A stretch of 64,000 nucleotides of DNA from Gammaproteobacteria bacterium (lineage in GTDB: Bacteria; Pseudomonadota; Gammaproteobacteria; Steroidobacterales; JABDLF01): the NCBI GenBank assembly GCA_013003115.1, contig JABDLF010000073.1:9025-73024 (forward strand), written 5' to 3'. The position numbers and the translations under genes were made by a program. Positions 1 to 9,555 of the stretch are shown here, piece by piece. Below the pieces are notes generated by a model. It was not told the DNA's origin. It made no database searches and saw only the letters and a list, made by a program, of their open reading frames with translations. The first letter of the stretch is position 1; the number at the start of each line of letters is the position of its first letter.

Positions 1-248
1 AGGGCGCGTGCGATGAGCAGCCAGTTATCTGAATCTCCGCCAAAGCCGTGCACCAGTACAACGGTTGGGCCGGTACCGCCATCCAGGTAATGGAACACCT
101 GCTGATTGACCTCCAGATGCCTCGATTCCACGCCCGCAAACAGTCGGGCGGCGCCCAGGTAGGCCCTTGCCACAACGTTGGGCACAAGCCAGTGCAGCAC
201 CGCAAGCAGCGTCAGAAGCAGCGCAAGCCCAATTGCGAGCTTTTTCAT
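1..248 (-). CDS. alpha/beta-fold hydrolase, N-terminal part (gene runs off the left edge)
   Basis: Absent from the ORF track because it has no stop in the window. Reverse-strand ATG at 248..246 reads MKKLAIGLALLLTLLAVLHW...HYLDGGTGPTVVLVHGFGGDSDNWLLIARA: an anchor/signal helix followed by the HGFGG oxyanion-hole segment of alpha/beta hydrolases. Confidence 0.6.
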   Translation of the reverse strand, partial: MKKLAIGLALLLTLLAVLHWLVPNVVARAYLGAARLFAGVESRHLEVNQQVFHYLDGGTGPTVVLVHGFGGDSDNWLLIARA

Positions 249-368
249 TCAAATCCCCTCTGAGGTTGGCCCCGGCAATGGCCCACTGTAATTAAACTGG
301 CTCGCCGCGAACAGGCGTGTGATTAGGTTACTATTTGTCGCAGCCTACAGAATTAAAGGAGAAGCAGT

Positions 369-800
369 ATGTCACCGGATAATCAGCGCCCCGAGCACCC
401 GCAGGCCAGCGCCATGGGCAGGGCAACAATAGGCCTGATTGGTGTCGTTGCGAGTGTCGGCGGGGGAATAGGCGGGTTTTCCAATCTGCGGCTTCTCGCC
501 CAGGATTTTGCGACCACGGTTGATGGGACCCGCGCATTTCTGACGCCGATGGCCGCCTACCATCTGGCCTGGCTGGTGTTCTTTGCAGGCCTGCTGGTTG
601 TCGGCGTGAGCCTGATTTACGCGACGATAAATGGCCGATCTGAAGACATCGTTCCGGGACCGAGCATTTACGTGATGGGCGCGTCTTTAATCGTCGCCGC
701 GATGTTGCAGCTGATGTTTGGCAGGCCAGGTCTGGCTGCCGCATGCGCTGTCGCGGGCATCGCCCTCATGATCGCGGAGTATCGTTCGGCCTTTATTTGA
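369..800 (+). CDS. hypothetical integral membrane protein (about 4 hydrophobic helices)
   Basis: 143-aa ORF preceded by AAAGGAGAA 6 nt upstream of the ATG. Hydrophobic stretches include IGLIGVVASVGGGIGG, LAWLVFFAGLLVVGVSLIY and AACAVAGIALMIA. No family recognised. Confidence 0.55.
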   Translation: MSPDNQRPEHPQASAMGRATIGLIGVVASVGGGIGGFSNLRLLAQDFATTVDGTRAFLTPMAAYHLAWLVFFAGLLVVGVSLIYATINGRSEDIVPGPSIYVMGASLIVAAMLQLMFGRPGLAAACAVAGIALMIAEYRSAFI

Positions 801-819
801 GAAGGCGCTGTGCGCCGGA

Positions 820-1644
820 TCAGTCCCCGTGGTTCTTTTTGTTGGCGGACGCAAGCTTTTTCAGGTAGTTGATCAGCCCGGACCGTCGGGCGAACGCCAG
901 GGCCGCGCGGGGCGCCAGCGCACGGAGTGCCATCAGCAGGCGAATCGGGCGGCTGCTGACCAGTATTTCCGGGTGGCCAGTTTCGAGGGCAAGAAGCACG
1001 GCATCGGCAACGGCCTGCGGCGAGACCTCGCCGAGGGAGCGCGGCGCCGGTGTGCCCTTGCGGGCGTGCATGCCCTCATCGCTGACAAATCCGGGACAAA
1101 CGGCGGAGACTGAAACGCCGCGACCGAACAGTTCGGCGTGCAGCGAAATGCTCCATTCGGCAAGCGCGCCCTTTGATCCCGAGTAAACAGCACCAAAGGG
1201 CATGCCGGTGCGTCCTGCTAAAGAGGCGACATTGACGATGGCGCCCTCGCCGCGTGCAAGCATCGGAGGAAGTACCTCGTGAGTTAGCAACATCGGTGCA
1301 ATGACGTTCGTGTTGATGATCGAGGGGATCATTTCGCTGCGCTGCTCCTCAAACGGGATAATTTCTTCCAGGCCGGCGTTGTTGATCAGGATATCCACGC
1401 GGCCAAATTCCTGTCGTGTTCTTATGACGAGGTTCTGGCGCTGCGATGCGTCATTCAGATCCGTGGGAACAACCAGGACTTTTACCGTGTCGCCGAGACT
1501 TTCGGCCACGGCCTCGAGTTCTGCACCGGAGCGCGCCGCCAGCGCGAGATTGATGCCCCGGGACGCGAGGGTTCGGGCAATATAAGGTCCGATTCCGTGG
1601 GAAGCGCCGGTCAGGATGGCGCATTTGCTTGTTAAGATATCCAA
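820..1644 (-). CDS. short-chain dehydrogenase/reductase (SDR) family oxidoreductase
   Basis: TGASHGIG cofactor-binding motif, NNAG, and the YSGSKGAL catalytic Y-x3-K. Apparent TTG start with GAGG upstream. Confidence 0.88.
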   Translation of the reverse strand: MDILTSKCAILTGASHGIGPYIARTLASRGINLALAARSGAELEAVAESLGDTVKVLVVPTDLNDASQRQNLVIRTRQEFGRVDILINNAGLEEIIPFEEQRSEMIPSIINTNVIAPMLLTHEVLPPMLARGEGAIVNVASLAGRTGMPFGAVYSGSKGALAEWSISLHAELFGRGVSVSAVCPGFVSDEGMHARKGTPAPRSLGEVSPQAVADAVLLALETGHPEILVSSRPIRLLMALRALAPRAALAFARRSGLINYLKKLASANKKNHGD

Positions 1645-1723
1645 GTTGTTGCCTCGCTCGGGGACTTCTGGGAAATTCAGGCAGGGCGCGGTGAGCCAGA
1701 AACGATTTTACGGGAGAAGTCAG

Positions 1724-2131
1724 ATGAAAGAGAGCGGCGAAAAAAAGAAAGACCTGTCGCATCTCGATGCCCGGCAGTATGCCGTGACCCAGGAAGGGGC
1801 CACCGAACCGCCTTTTTCCGGCGTATACGTCGACAACAAGGCCGAGGGAGTCTATCGATGCGTGGTTTGCGAGGCGCCGCTTTTTTCTTCCGCAGCGAAA
1901 TATGATTCCGGATCGGGCTGGCCCAGTTTCTGGGCCGCCGTTGAGGAAAATCGTGTCACGACGCGGCTCGACACCAGTCACGGCATGCGCCGCGAAGAAG
2001 CGCTCTGTTCGAGCTGCGGTGCCCACCTCGGACATATCTTTCCGGATGGTCCGAAGCCGACCGGGACGCGATTCTGTATTAACTCCGCATCGCTCAGCTT
2101 CGCAGAAGATGATGGTTCGTCAGACGACTGA
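1724..2131 (+). CDS. msrB: peptide-methionine (R)-S-oxide reductase MsrB
   Basis: YRCVVCEAPLF...SGSGWPSFW...CSSCGAHLGHIFPDGP...RFCINS: two CxxC zinc motifs plus the catalytic RxCxN region. Start trimmed from 1616 to the ATG at 1724, which has GGGAGA upstream. Confidence 0.92.
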   Translation: MKESGEKKKDLSHLDARQYAVTQEGATEPPFSGVYVDNKAEGVYRCVVCEAPLFSSAAKYDSGSGWPSFWAAVEENRVTTRLDTSHGMRREEALCSSCGAHLGHIFPDGPKPTGTRFCINSASLSFAEDDGSSDD

Positions 2132-2260
2132 AGCGCTGCGAGTTAGGAAAATACATTACTGTGTGCAATTCGATGACGATCAAGTCCTGTTTTCTTGCGG
2201 CGGCCAGGTAACATTGCAGTTGGGCTAATATGATCATCAAACCCGTAAAAGAGGGACCGT

Positions 2261-3073
2261 ATGAGTAAGACGACAAATACCCCCGGAGGCGCTGCGATGA
2301 CCCCTCTGGACGTCGACGCAAGAAAGATGATCTCTGTTTTATTCTTCTCGCTCGTCGCCTTCGAGGTGTTCTTTGTGCTTGCCGACGCCATTATTAATGT
2401 CGAAAGGCTGACCGATCTCGGCCCCATCCGGCGGTTCTTCAATATCACGCGAGAGGACGGCGTCGCCTCGTGGTTTGCTGTCACCCAGACCTGGATGCTG
2501 GGGCTTACCGCGACTTTTTTATTCGTTGTGATGCGTGCGAACGGCGCTGAGCGCTGGAGACGGGTTGGCTGGGCGATAATCGCGGTCTTTTTGCTTTACA
2601 TGGCAATGGACGACGGGTCCAAGTTTCACGAGCGCGTCGGGTCGGCGGTTAAAGAGCTCATTAAAGGCGATGATGACGATTCGCGGCAGATCGGGTTTTT
2701 CCCCAGCTATACATGGCAGCTCGTATTCCTGCCGATTTTTGGCTCATTTGGCCTGTTCATACTCTGGTTCCTGAATAAAGAACTGCAGGTCGCGCGCGAC
2801 AAGCTGATGGTGGTGGCGGCGGTGGGGCTACTCGTTCTGGCGGTGGTTGCAGATTTCTTCGAGGGCCTTGATATGGATCATCCGATAAATCTGCATGGCT
2901 GGATCAAGCAGACCTGGGATCTCAGCACTTATCAGGTTCGGCATTATTCGAAGTCCATCGAGGAGTTCATGGAAATGCTGTCCATGACATTTCTGTGGAT
3001 TGTCTTTCTCCGGCACCTTACACAGATCTCTCCTTCCATCGATCTCAGGTTCCGCAACGTACCGACTGGGTGA
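2261..3073 (+). CDS. hypothetical polytopic membrane protein
   Basis: 270-aa ORF with at least 6 hydrophobic helices ([91 protein letters not shown]). GAGGGA RBS. No family recognised. Confidence 0.6.
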   Translation: MSKTTNTPGGAAMTPLDVDARKMISVLFFSLVAFEVFFVLADAIINVERLTDLGPIRRFFNITREDGVASWFAVTQTWMLGLTATFLFVVMRANGAERWRRVGWAIIAVFLLYMAMDDGSKFHERVGSAVKELIKGDDDDSRQIGFFPSYTWQLVFLPIFGSFGLFILWFLNKELQVARDKLMVVAAVGLLVLAVVADFFEGLDMDHPINLHGWIKQTWDLSTYQVRHYSKSIEEFMEMLSMTFLWIVFLRHLTQISPSIDLRFRNVPTG

Positions 3074-3126
3074 CGGCGAGCTTCGCGCCCATTCAACGCT
3101 GTGTTCAAAAAAAGGAAAAAGAGCAT

Positions 3127-4407
3127 ATGAAACAGATTGCGATCCTGGCGCTGGCCGCCCTGCTGATGGCGCCGGCGGCAGCGGACACCCTGATTCATGC
3201 GGGCAGACTGATTGACGGCAAGTCTCCCCGGGCGCTTGGCGAACATACAGTTCGAATTCGCGACGACCGCATTGTTTCGGTAGAGGCGGGCCATCTGGAG
3301 CCCGGGCAGGGAGATTCGCTGATTGACCTCAGCGATCACACGGTTATGCCGGGACTCATGGACATGCACGTTCACCTTACCGGTGAGTATTCGCCGAGCT
3401 CGCGGTTAGATGGCCTGACCCTTGATGTTGCCGACGTGGCATATCGATCGGTTAATTACGCCCGCGCAACCCTTGAGGCCGGATTTACGACAGTGCGAAA
3501 TCTTGGCGATCGCGATGACATTACGATCTCGCTGCGCAAGGCCATCGACAGCGGCGTTGTCGCAGGGCCGAGAATTTTTTCGGCGGGCAAGACCATTGGC
3601 ACAACGGGTGGGCATGCAGATCCCAGCAACGGCGTAAAGCAGGCGCTTCGTGGTGACCCCGGGCCGCGCGAGGGTGTAATAAATGGCCCCGCTGACGCCG
3701 CCAAAGCGGTGCGGCAGAGGTATAAGGACGGTGCTGATCTCATCAAGATCACTGCGACTGGCGGCGTACTGAGCGTGGCCCGCAACGGGCAGAATCCGCA
3801 GTTCACCGATGAGGAGCTGGAAGCCATCGTGGCCGTCGCCGCCGACTATGGATTTCACGTTGCCGCCCATGCGCACGGTGCAGACGGGATGAAGCGGGCG
3901 ATTCGCGCTGGCGTGCGATCCATTGAGCACGGCACGTTCATGGATAAAGAAGCCATGGCGCTTATGAAGAAAAACAGTACTTACTACGTCCCCACAATCA
4001 TGGCCGGGAAGTGGGTGGCCGCGAAGGCAGAAGAAGAGAACTTCTTTCCGGAGCTGGTGCGGCCCAAAGCGCAGGCAGTGGGACCACAGATTCAGTCAAC
4101 TTTTGCAGTTGCCTATCGGGAAGGGGTCACCATCGCTTTCGGAACCGATAGCGGCGTCTCGCCCCATGGCCAGAACGCCGACGAGTTCGTTTACATGGTT
4201 GAGGCCGGAATGCCCCCGATGCGTGCGATCCAGTCGGCCACGCTGGTGGCCGCGAGATTGCTGGGCGTCGAAGATAAGCTTGGCACGCTCACGGCCGGCA
4301 AGATTGCTGACGTCGTGGCTGTGCGCGGTGATCCCCTTGCGGATATAGCAGCACTTCGCGAAATGTCGTTTGTTATGAAAGAGGGCAGGATTTACCTGAG
4401 TCCCTGA
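3127..4407 (+). CDS. secreted metal-dependent amidohydrolase (imidazolonepropionase / Xaa-Pro dipeptidase-like superfamily)
   Basis: Signal peptide [19 protein letters not shown]. HxH motif MDMHVHL, plus AAHAHG, IEHGTF and FGTDSG, typical of the amidohydrolase TIM-barrel. Start trimmed from 2995 to the ATG at 3127 (AAAGGAAAAAGAG upstream). Confidence 0.85.
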   Translation: MKQIAILALAALLMAPAAADTLIHAGRLIDGKSPRALGEHTVRIRDDRIVSVEAGHLEPGQGDSLIDLSDHTVMPGLMDMHVHLTGEYSPSSRLDGLTLDVADVAYRSVNYARATLEAGFTTVRNLGDRDDITISLRKAIDSGVVAGPRIFSAGKTIGTTGGHADPSNGVKQALRGDPGPREGVINGPADAAKAVRQRYKDGADLIKITATGGVLSVARNGQNPQFTDEELEAIVAVAADYGFHVAAHAHGADGMKRAIRAGVRSIEHGTFMDKEAMALMKKNSTYYVPTIMAGKWVAAKAEEENFFPELVRPKAQAVGPQIQSTFAVAYREGVTIAFGTDSGVSPHGQNADEFVYMVEAGMPPMRAIQSATLVAARLLGVEDKLGTLTAGKIADVVAVRGDPLADIAALREMSFVMKEGRIYLSP

Positions 4408-4408
4408 A

Positions 4409-4888
4409 ATGAAGTGGACGCCGCAAACGCTGGTACGTTGGCTGGGCTCATTGTTTCTGGGCACGGCAGTGGTTTACGTACTGGCGCTCGGCGGACTCTA
4501 CGCATTTGGGTGGTTTGATGAAAAAACCTCCCTGGAACCTGGTGCGCACCTGGTCGAGCTTTTGAGCGGCGTTGACCGAATTCGGCTGAAAGACGAGCTG
4601 GGCCTTGACCAAAGAAAGGCACGCCCCATTCCGCCGGCGCCAAAACCGGTTTTGTTGCCGCGCCAGGTATCCGGATTCGTGCAGCTGGAAGTAGAAGTCG
4701 GCACCCGCGGTGAAGTTCTGGACGCGCGGGTGGTTGGCGCGGTGCCGGAGGGCTACTACGAAGAAGAGGCGCTGGAGCTGGTCCGGGGGCAGCGCTACGA
4801 GCCCTCACCGCTGGGCAGCTACCGGCAGGCCGAGGTGGTTCCGTTCAATATCACTGTTGAGGCGCGCTCAAGCGGCGCGGAGAACTGA
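4409..4888 (+). CDS. small membrane-anchored protein with a TonB C-terminal-like domain
   Basis: N-terminal TM helix LGSLFLGTAVVYVLALGGLYAF and a Pro-rich spacer PIPPAPKPVLLP. This is followed by VSGFVQLEVEVGTRGEVLDARVVGAVPEGYYEEEALELVRGQRYEP, resembling TonB_C. The ATG lies 1 nt after the amidohydrolase stop. Confidence 0.5.
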   Translation: MKWTPQTLVRWLGSLFLGTAVVYVLALGGLYAFGWFDEKTSLEPGAHLVELLSGVDRIRLKDELGLDQRKARPIPPAPKPVLLPRQVSGFVQLEVEVGTRGEVLDARVVGAVPEGYYEEEALELVRGQRYEPSPLGSYRQAEVVPFNITVEARSSGAEN

Positions 4889-5046
4889 CGGGGCGGCCGA
4901 CCGGTCAGCTCTGGCCTGCCTTCGGGGCCCTCGGGATACAGCGCCCCATGCCACGAAACCAGCGGATGTAGGGGTTTATACCCATGGGCCAGTGGGGGTT
5001 TTCCCGGCTGTGAAAAACTGGCTTCTGGCCACATAATTTGCCTGTC

Positions 5047-5448
5047 ATGAAGATTATTCATAGCGCCCAGGGCAAGGGCGGAAAGGAAGCAGCGCCAGAA
5101 TCTGGTAAAGGCAAGTCGGCGGCGCCGGCACGCCCAGCCGTTCCGCTCAGCAATCCCGAATCCCTCCGAGTCATGCTGAAAAGCATTCGCACCTATCGGG
5201 AGGGCGCCTTGCCCCTGCAGTCACTGGTCAGCGAACTCGAATATCACCTGCAGTCACTGATCATGGATGACCATCGCTGGCAGAGCACCTTCTTTGAACG
5301 CTGGCGCGAACTGGATCGTCACCAGGCTTTGCAGCTCGCGCGCGGCGAAGCTGATATCGATGCAGAAACCTCGCGGCGGATTGAGGCGGCAATCGAAGAA
5401 CTGCGCCAGCTCATAACAAGCGTACTCTCCGGCCTCGAAACGCGCTAG
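5047..5448 (+). CDS. hypothetical protein
   Basis: ORF with balanced, coding-like composition: a Lys/Gly/Ala-rich N-terminus followed by a helical region (LVSELEYHLQSLIMDDHRWQSTFFERWRELD). No family recognised and no clear RBS. An alternative TTG start lies at 5038. Confidence 0.5.
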   Translation: MKIIHSAQGKGGKEAAPESGKGKSAAPARPAVPLSNPESLRVMLKSIRTYREGALPLQSLVSELEYHLQSLIMDDHRWQSTFFERWRELDRHQALQLARGEADIDAETSRRIEAAIEELRQLITSVLSGLETR

Positions 5449-5565
5449 GCATTCGCGCAAGCCGTCGAGCGGCCCCATTGCCTGCTGAGAAGGCGCAGGC
5501 TGCACGTTTCGGGGCTTGCTGCGCCAAAAGCGTGTCCTCTCAGGTTATTATAAGCGGCGTCAGAC

Positions 5566-5943
5566 ATGCTGAGCGCGGTTCAGCCGAAGGAAATTCAAAT
5601 CATGCCCCAGTCAATCGATGATGCCGGCGACGAGCGAATGCTGGTCCTCATCAGTTATATTTTGCACCTGATAGGGACAGTCACAGCTTTGCCCAGCCTG
5701 ATCGCGCTCCTGATAAACTACGTCAAGCGTTCATCTGCGGCGCCATTCGACAGTCACCACCGGTGGATGATTCGTACGTTTTGGTGGACGATCCTTTGGA
5801 TGATCCTGGGCGGTATCCTCGTGTTTCTCGTTTTGACTGCGCCGCTGGGCTGGCTTGTCGGTGGCATCGCATGGTTGTGGTGGATCTATCGCCATGTTCG
5901 TGGCCTGATCGCGCTGCTCAACAACAGCGCCCTGCCGTCCTGA
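5566..5943 (+). CDS. small membrane protein, DUF4870-like
   Basis: LVLISYILHLIGTVTALPSLIALLINYVKR followed by two more helices (FWWTILWMILGGILVFLVL, LGWLVGGIAWLWWIY), the pattern I associate with DUF4870. An alternative ATG at 5602 has GAAGGA upstream. Confidence 0.55.
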   Translation: MLSAVQPKEIQIMPQSIDDAGDERMLVLISYILHLIGTVTALPSLIALLINYVKRSSAAPFDSHHRWMIRTFWWTILWMILGGILVFLVLTAPLGWLVGGIAWLWWIYRHVRGLIALLNNSALPS

Positions 5944-6025
5944 TCAGTCGGGTGACAACAACTGTTTGCGCCCTCGCAGCCGAGGCCTTGTTTCGGCTGC
6001 TGATTTCTCTGCCGGGGGGTGTCCA

Positions 6026-7900
6026 TTGGAACAAGACCTGACCGCCGCGCTGGTGCTGATTGTCAGCCTTGGGGTTGGTGCCCAGTGGCTGGCATGGCGT
6101 ACGCGCCTGCCCGCGATTGTCCTGCTGGCCAGCGCGGGCATACTGATTGGTCCGGTTGCGGCCAGTCTCGGGTTTTTTCATCTTGACCCCACCGCCACTT
6201 TTGGCAGCGCGCTGAAACCCGTTGTCAGTCTCTGCGTCGCTATTATTCTGTTTGAAGGTGGGCTGAATCTGCACTTCTCAGAGCTTAAAGCAGCGGCTAC
6301 CGGGGTGCGCCGGCTGGTTTACCTGGGTGCGCCGATCGCCTGGGCACTGGGCAGTCTCGCCGCCCATTTCATCGGCGGCCTTACCTGGCCCGTGTCGCTG
6401 TTGTTCGGGGCGATCATGGTTGTCACCGGGCCCACCGTGATTATGCCGTTGCTGCGCCAGGCGGCCCTGAACAGGCGCACTGCTTCTTACTTCAAGTGGG
6501 AGGGCATTATTAATGACCCCATCGGTGCCCTGCTTGCCGTGCTTGTTTTTCAGTTCTTTCTCTTTGCCCAGGCTGGCAGCGGCTGGGAGGTCGTGATGGC
6601 CGGCATCGGCAAGGCGCTCGCATCCGCCTTGCTGCTCGGCGTCGGCGGTGGTTATTTCGCGGGCAAGGCTTTTCATGCCGGACTCGTGCCGGAATATCTG
6701 AAGTCGCCGGTAATGCTTGGGCTTGTTCTGCTGGTTTACAGCGTTTCAAATTTCCTTCAACACGAAGCGGGACTGTTGGCGGTGACCTTTATGGGAATCG
6801 TGATTGGCAACATGAACCTTGCCGGTATTCAGGACATGAAACGCTTCAAGGAATACATCACCGTGATGCTGGTTTCGGTGGTGTTCGTGCTGTTGACCGC
6901 TGATCTTGATGTTGAGGTGATTCGAAATATCGACTGGCACGGCGGCGCGCTCGTGGCAGCCGTGTTGTTTCTGGTGCGACCCGCGACCATTATGCTGGCG
7001 ACGATTGGCTCAAAAATGCTGATGGCAGACAGAATATTGCTTTCGTGGATTGCCCCACGCGGTATTGTCGCGGCGGCCACGGCCGGTGTGTTCGGGCCGC
7101 GCCTCGCCGACGAAGGGTTCGCCGGCGCGGATGCACTTCTCGCGCTGGTGTTTGCCGTAATTTTTGCAACCGTACTTTTACACGGCCTGAGCATCGGCTG
7201 GTTAAGCCGCAAGCTGGGACTGGCGGCAAAGAATCGCAATGGCGTCTTGCTGGTTGGTGCTTCGCCATGGACGACGGATCTTGCGCGGACGCTGAAGGAG
7301 CTGAACGTGCCCGTGCTTGTTGTCGATAGCTCCTGGCATAATCTCCGTCAGGCAAGGCTTGCCGGACTGCCGGTCTTCTACGGAGAAATCCTCTCTGATT
7401 TTGCCGACGAGTCCGTGGAGACGGCGCATATCGGGACGCTGTTGGCGGCCACCAGCAACGATGCCTACAACGCGCTCGTATGTACTGCTCTGGCGCCGGA
7501 GCTTGGCAGGCAGAATGTTTACCAGCTGCCAATGGGCGCAGCGAATGAGGATGACCCTCGCGGCGTTGCCCGCTCGCTGAGAGGTAAGATCGCTATCAGC
7601 AATGAAGCGCTTTACGAGCGCCTCTGGCGCAGCCAGGCGCGCGGCTGGGGATTTTACAAAACCCGCCTTACCGAAACCTATTCTTACAGCGACCTGCTCG
7701 GTGATGCGCCGTCAGACGCGCAGCAGATCCTCGTGCTCGACGCGGACGGATCGGTGCGCTTTATATCCCCGCAGGCGCAGTTCGAGCCGCTGGCAGGCGC
7801 GACAGTCGTATACTTTGGTCCGGAGCGTCCGGCCGAGAAGACCGAAACCGACACTGCGGACGACTCGGGCAGTCCCGCCCCTTCGACCGCGCCCGCCTGA
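6026..7900 (+). CDS. cation:proton antiporter (Na+/H+ exchanger family) with a C-terminal RCK/TrkA-N-like domain
   Basis: About 12 TM helices in the first ~400 aa, then a Rossmann-like segment NGVLLVGASPWTTDLARTLKELNVPVLVVD. The ORF opens at TTG 5966. I prefer TTG 6026, which follows a GGGGGG run; the start remains uncertain. Confidence 0.8.
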   Translation: MEQDLTAALVLIVSLGVGAQWLAWRTRLPAIVLLASAGILIGPVAASLGFFHLDPTATFGSALKPVVSLCVAIILFEGGLNLHFSELKAAATGVRRLVYLGAPIAWALGSLAAHFIGGLTWPVSLLFGAIMVVTGPTVIMPLLRQAALNRRTASYFKWEGIINDPIGALLAVLVFQFFLFAQAGSGWEVVMAGIGKALASALLLGVGGGYFAGKAFHAGLVPEYLKSPVMLGLVLLVYSVSNFLQHEAGLLAVTFMGIVIGNMNLAGIQDMKRFKEYITVMLVSVVFVLLTADLDVEVIRNIDWHGGALVAAVLFLVRPATIMLATIGSKMLMADRILLSWIAPRGIVAAATAGVFGPRLADEGFAGADALLALVFAVIFATVLLHGLSIGWLSRKLGLAAKNRNGVLLVGASPWTTDLARTLKELNVPVLVVDSSWHNLRQARLAGLPVFYGEILSDFADESVETAHIGTLLAATSNDAYNALVCTALAPELGRQNVYQLPMGAANEDDPRGVARSLRGKIAISNEALYERLWRSQARGWGFYKTRLTETYSYSDLLGDAPSDAQQILVLDADGSVRFISPQAQFEPLAGATVVYFGPERPAEKTETDTADDSGSPAPSTAPA

Positions 7901-7918
7901 CGCACGCCAGGTGTTCTG

Positions 7919-8608
7919 ATGGCCTTGCGAGCGGGTAAACCGGAGAAGATATTCCTGAACGGCGAAGCTGGCCGGATCGAGTGCGTTTTAGAAGAAGTCG
8001 CCGACCCAAGTGCTAATAAGGGGAGCGTCGCTGTGGTCTGCCATCCGCATCCGCTATTCGGCGGAACCATGGATAACAAAGTAGTGCATACACTCAGCCG
8101 CGCATTCCACCGGCTCGGCGTGAGCACGCTTCGTTTCAACTTTCGCGGCGTCGGCGACAGTGATGGCGAACACGATGAAGGTCGGGGCGAGACCGACGAT
8201 GCGGTCGCCGTTGCCGACTGGGCTATGCAGCGCTTCGGCGGGTCTGTAACACAAGAGGCGACAGCAAAGCGGCTTTGGCTGGCGGGCTTTTCGTTCGGCG
8301 CATGGATTGCAGTGCGAGCGGCAGCCCGCCGGCGCTGCGCGCAGCTCGTTACTATCGCACCACCGGTTCAGCGGTTTGCAATTCGCGATGAAGCGCAGCC
8401 CGATTGTCCGTGGCTGATCGTGCAGGGCTCGGCAGACGAACTGGTCGACAGCGATGCAGTTCTTGAGTGGGTCAACGAGCTTGGCCCCGGGCCGGAATTC
8501 GTTCTGCTCCCCGATGTAGATCATTTTTTCCACGGTGCATTGACGGATCTGCGTGACACGCTGCTGGCAAACCTTGGAAGTGGAGATCCTCTTGCGACGA
8601 ATACTTGA
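7919..8608 (+). CDS. alpha/beta hydrolase
   Basis: VVCHPHPLFGGTMDNKVV, nucleophile elbow GFSFG, acid GSADELV and histidine DHFFHG. Confidence 0.78.
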   Translation: MALRAGKPEKIFLNGEAGRIECVLEEVADPSANKGSVAVVCHPHPLFGGTMDNKVVHTLSRAFHRLGVSTLRFNFRGVGDSDGEHDEGRGETDDAVAVADWAMQRFGGSVTQEATAKRLWLAGFSFGAWIAVRAAARRRCAQLVTIAPPVQRFAIRDEAQPDCPWLIVQGSADELVDSDAVLEWVNELGPGPEFVLLPDVDHFFHGALTDLRDTLLANLGSGDPLATNT

Positions 8609-9041
8609 AAAACTCCGCGCAGCCCCGCGGGAAAATGAGGAAAGTCGCGAAGACAAGATTCAACTTGCTACGGCGGTTCTGCTGGTTGAGATGTCGCGGG
8701 CAGACTTCGAAGAAATAGACGCCGAGGCGCAGGCGATCGAGCAATTGCTGGCGAGACATTTTGATCTCGATGCGGCGGCAAGCGAGTTGCTTGCAGAACT
8801 GGCGCGCGAAGAGGCGGATCGCTCTGTATCGATCCATGATTACACGCGCACTCTTCATGATGGGCTCAGCGAAAGCGAGAAGACCAGGGTGGTGGAGATG
8901 CTGTGGGAGGTTGCGCTGGCTGACAGGGAGCTTGATAAGTATGAGGACTATCTGGTCCGCAAGGTGGCCGAGCTTCTGTATGTGCCACATCACGAGGTTG
9001 TTCGTCTCAGACACACCGTGAGCGACCGGCTGGACAAATAA
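8592..9041 (+). CDS. TerB-family (tellurite-resistance TerB-like) protein
   Basis: Helical repeats with acidic pairs (LLVEMSRADFEEIDAEAQAIEQLL ... VVEMLWEVALADRELDKYEDYLVRKVAELL), typical of the TerB fold. The ORF opens at 8553 inside the upstream gene; TTG 8592 follows GGAGA. Confidence 0.68.
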   Translation: MRRILEKLRAAPRENEESREDKIQLATAVLLVEMSRADFEEIDAEAQAIEQLLARHFDLDAAASELLAELAREEADRSVSIHDYTRTLHDGLSESEKTRVVEMLWEVALADRELDKYEDYLVRKVAELLYVPHHEVVRLRHTVSDRLDK

Positions 9042-9067
9042 AAACGCCCGGCGTGGTGCCGGGCGTT
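9036..9067 (-). terminator. rho-independent terminator of the HU-like gene; the hairpin is shared with the convergent TerB-like gene
   Basis: Perfect 10-bp stem AACGCCCGGC (9043-9052) / GCCGGGCGTT (9058-9067) with a 5-nt loop. On the minus strand it is followed by TTTTTATTT. On the plus strand no U-tract follows. Confidence 0.72.
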
Positions 9068-9093
9068 GCAAAACAGCATTGCAGCTGGCCGAA

Positions 9094-9420
9094 TCAGGCC
9101 ATATCTTTGAGGTTCTTAAGAGCCAAAACCTTGACCACGCGACGGGCGGGCTTGGCCTTGAACATCATCTCTTCGCCAGTGAACGGATTCGTTCCTTTAC
9201 GTGCCTTGGTAGCAGGCTTGTGATTTACCTTGATTTTCATCAGTCCGGGCACTGTAAAGACACCAGGGCCACGACGACCGATGTTTTTCTTGATCATGCC
9301 GCTTAACGAATCGAATACGGCCGCGACGTCTTTCCGGGTGAGGCCGGTATCGTCGGCAATGCCGCTAAGAATCTGGCTTTTGGTAGGCGGCTTGGCAGCG
9401 GCGCTTTTTGATGTTGCCAT
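9094..9420 (-). CDS. HU/IHF-family DNA-binding protein with a Lys/Ala/Pro-rich N-terminal tail
   Basis: FTVPGLMKIKVNHKPATKARKGTNPFTGEEMMFKAKPA is the HU beta-arm region. The tail is MATSKSAAAKPPTKS. Start trimmed from 9459 to the ATG at 9420, which has AAGGAGA upstream. Confidence 0.85.
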   Translation of the reverse strand: MATSKSAAAKPPTKSQILSGIADDTGLTRKDVAAVFDSLSGMIKKNIGRRGPGVFTVPGLMKIKVNHKPATKARKGTNPFTGEEMMFKAKPARRVVKVLALKNLKDMA

Positions 9421-9481
9421 CTGGTTCTCCTTGGGTTTCAGTCTTTGATAGCGGGGCACAGCCCCTTAAAATTTCCGGCGA

Positions 9482-9510
9482 AAAATAGCACAACCAATAT
9501 GCCAATGTAA
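9482..9510 (-). promoter_or_regulatory. candidate sigma70 promoter for the HU-like gene
   Basis: Minus strand reads TTACAT, a 17-nt spacer, then TATTTT, about 55 nt upstream of the ATG. Pattern match only. Confidence 0.3.
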
Positions 9511-9555
9511 GCCCAAAACAGTAAAAAAACAGGGTTTTTCGCAATAATCGCTTGT

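Noticed and set aside
804-816. Hairpin GGCGC-tgt-GCGCC between the convergent membrane-protein and SDR genes
   Set aside because: It has only a 5-bp stem and no U-tract.
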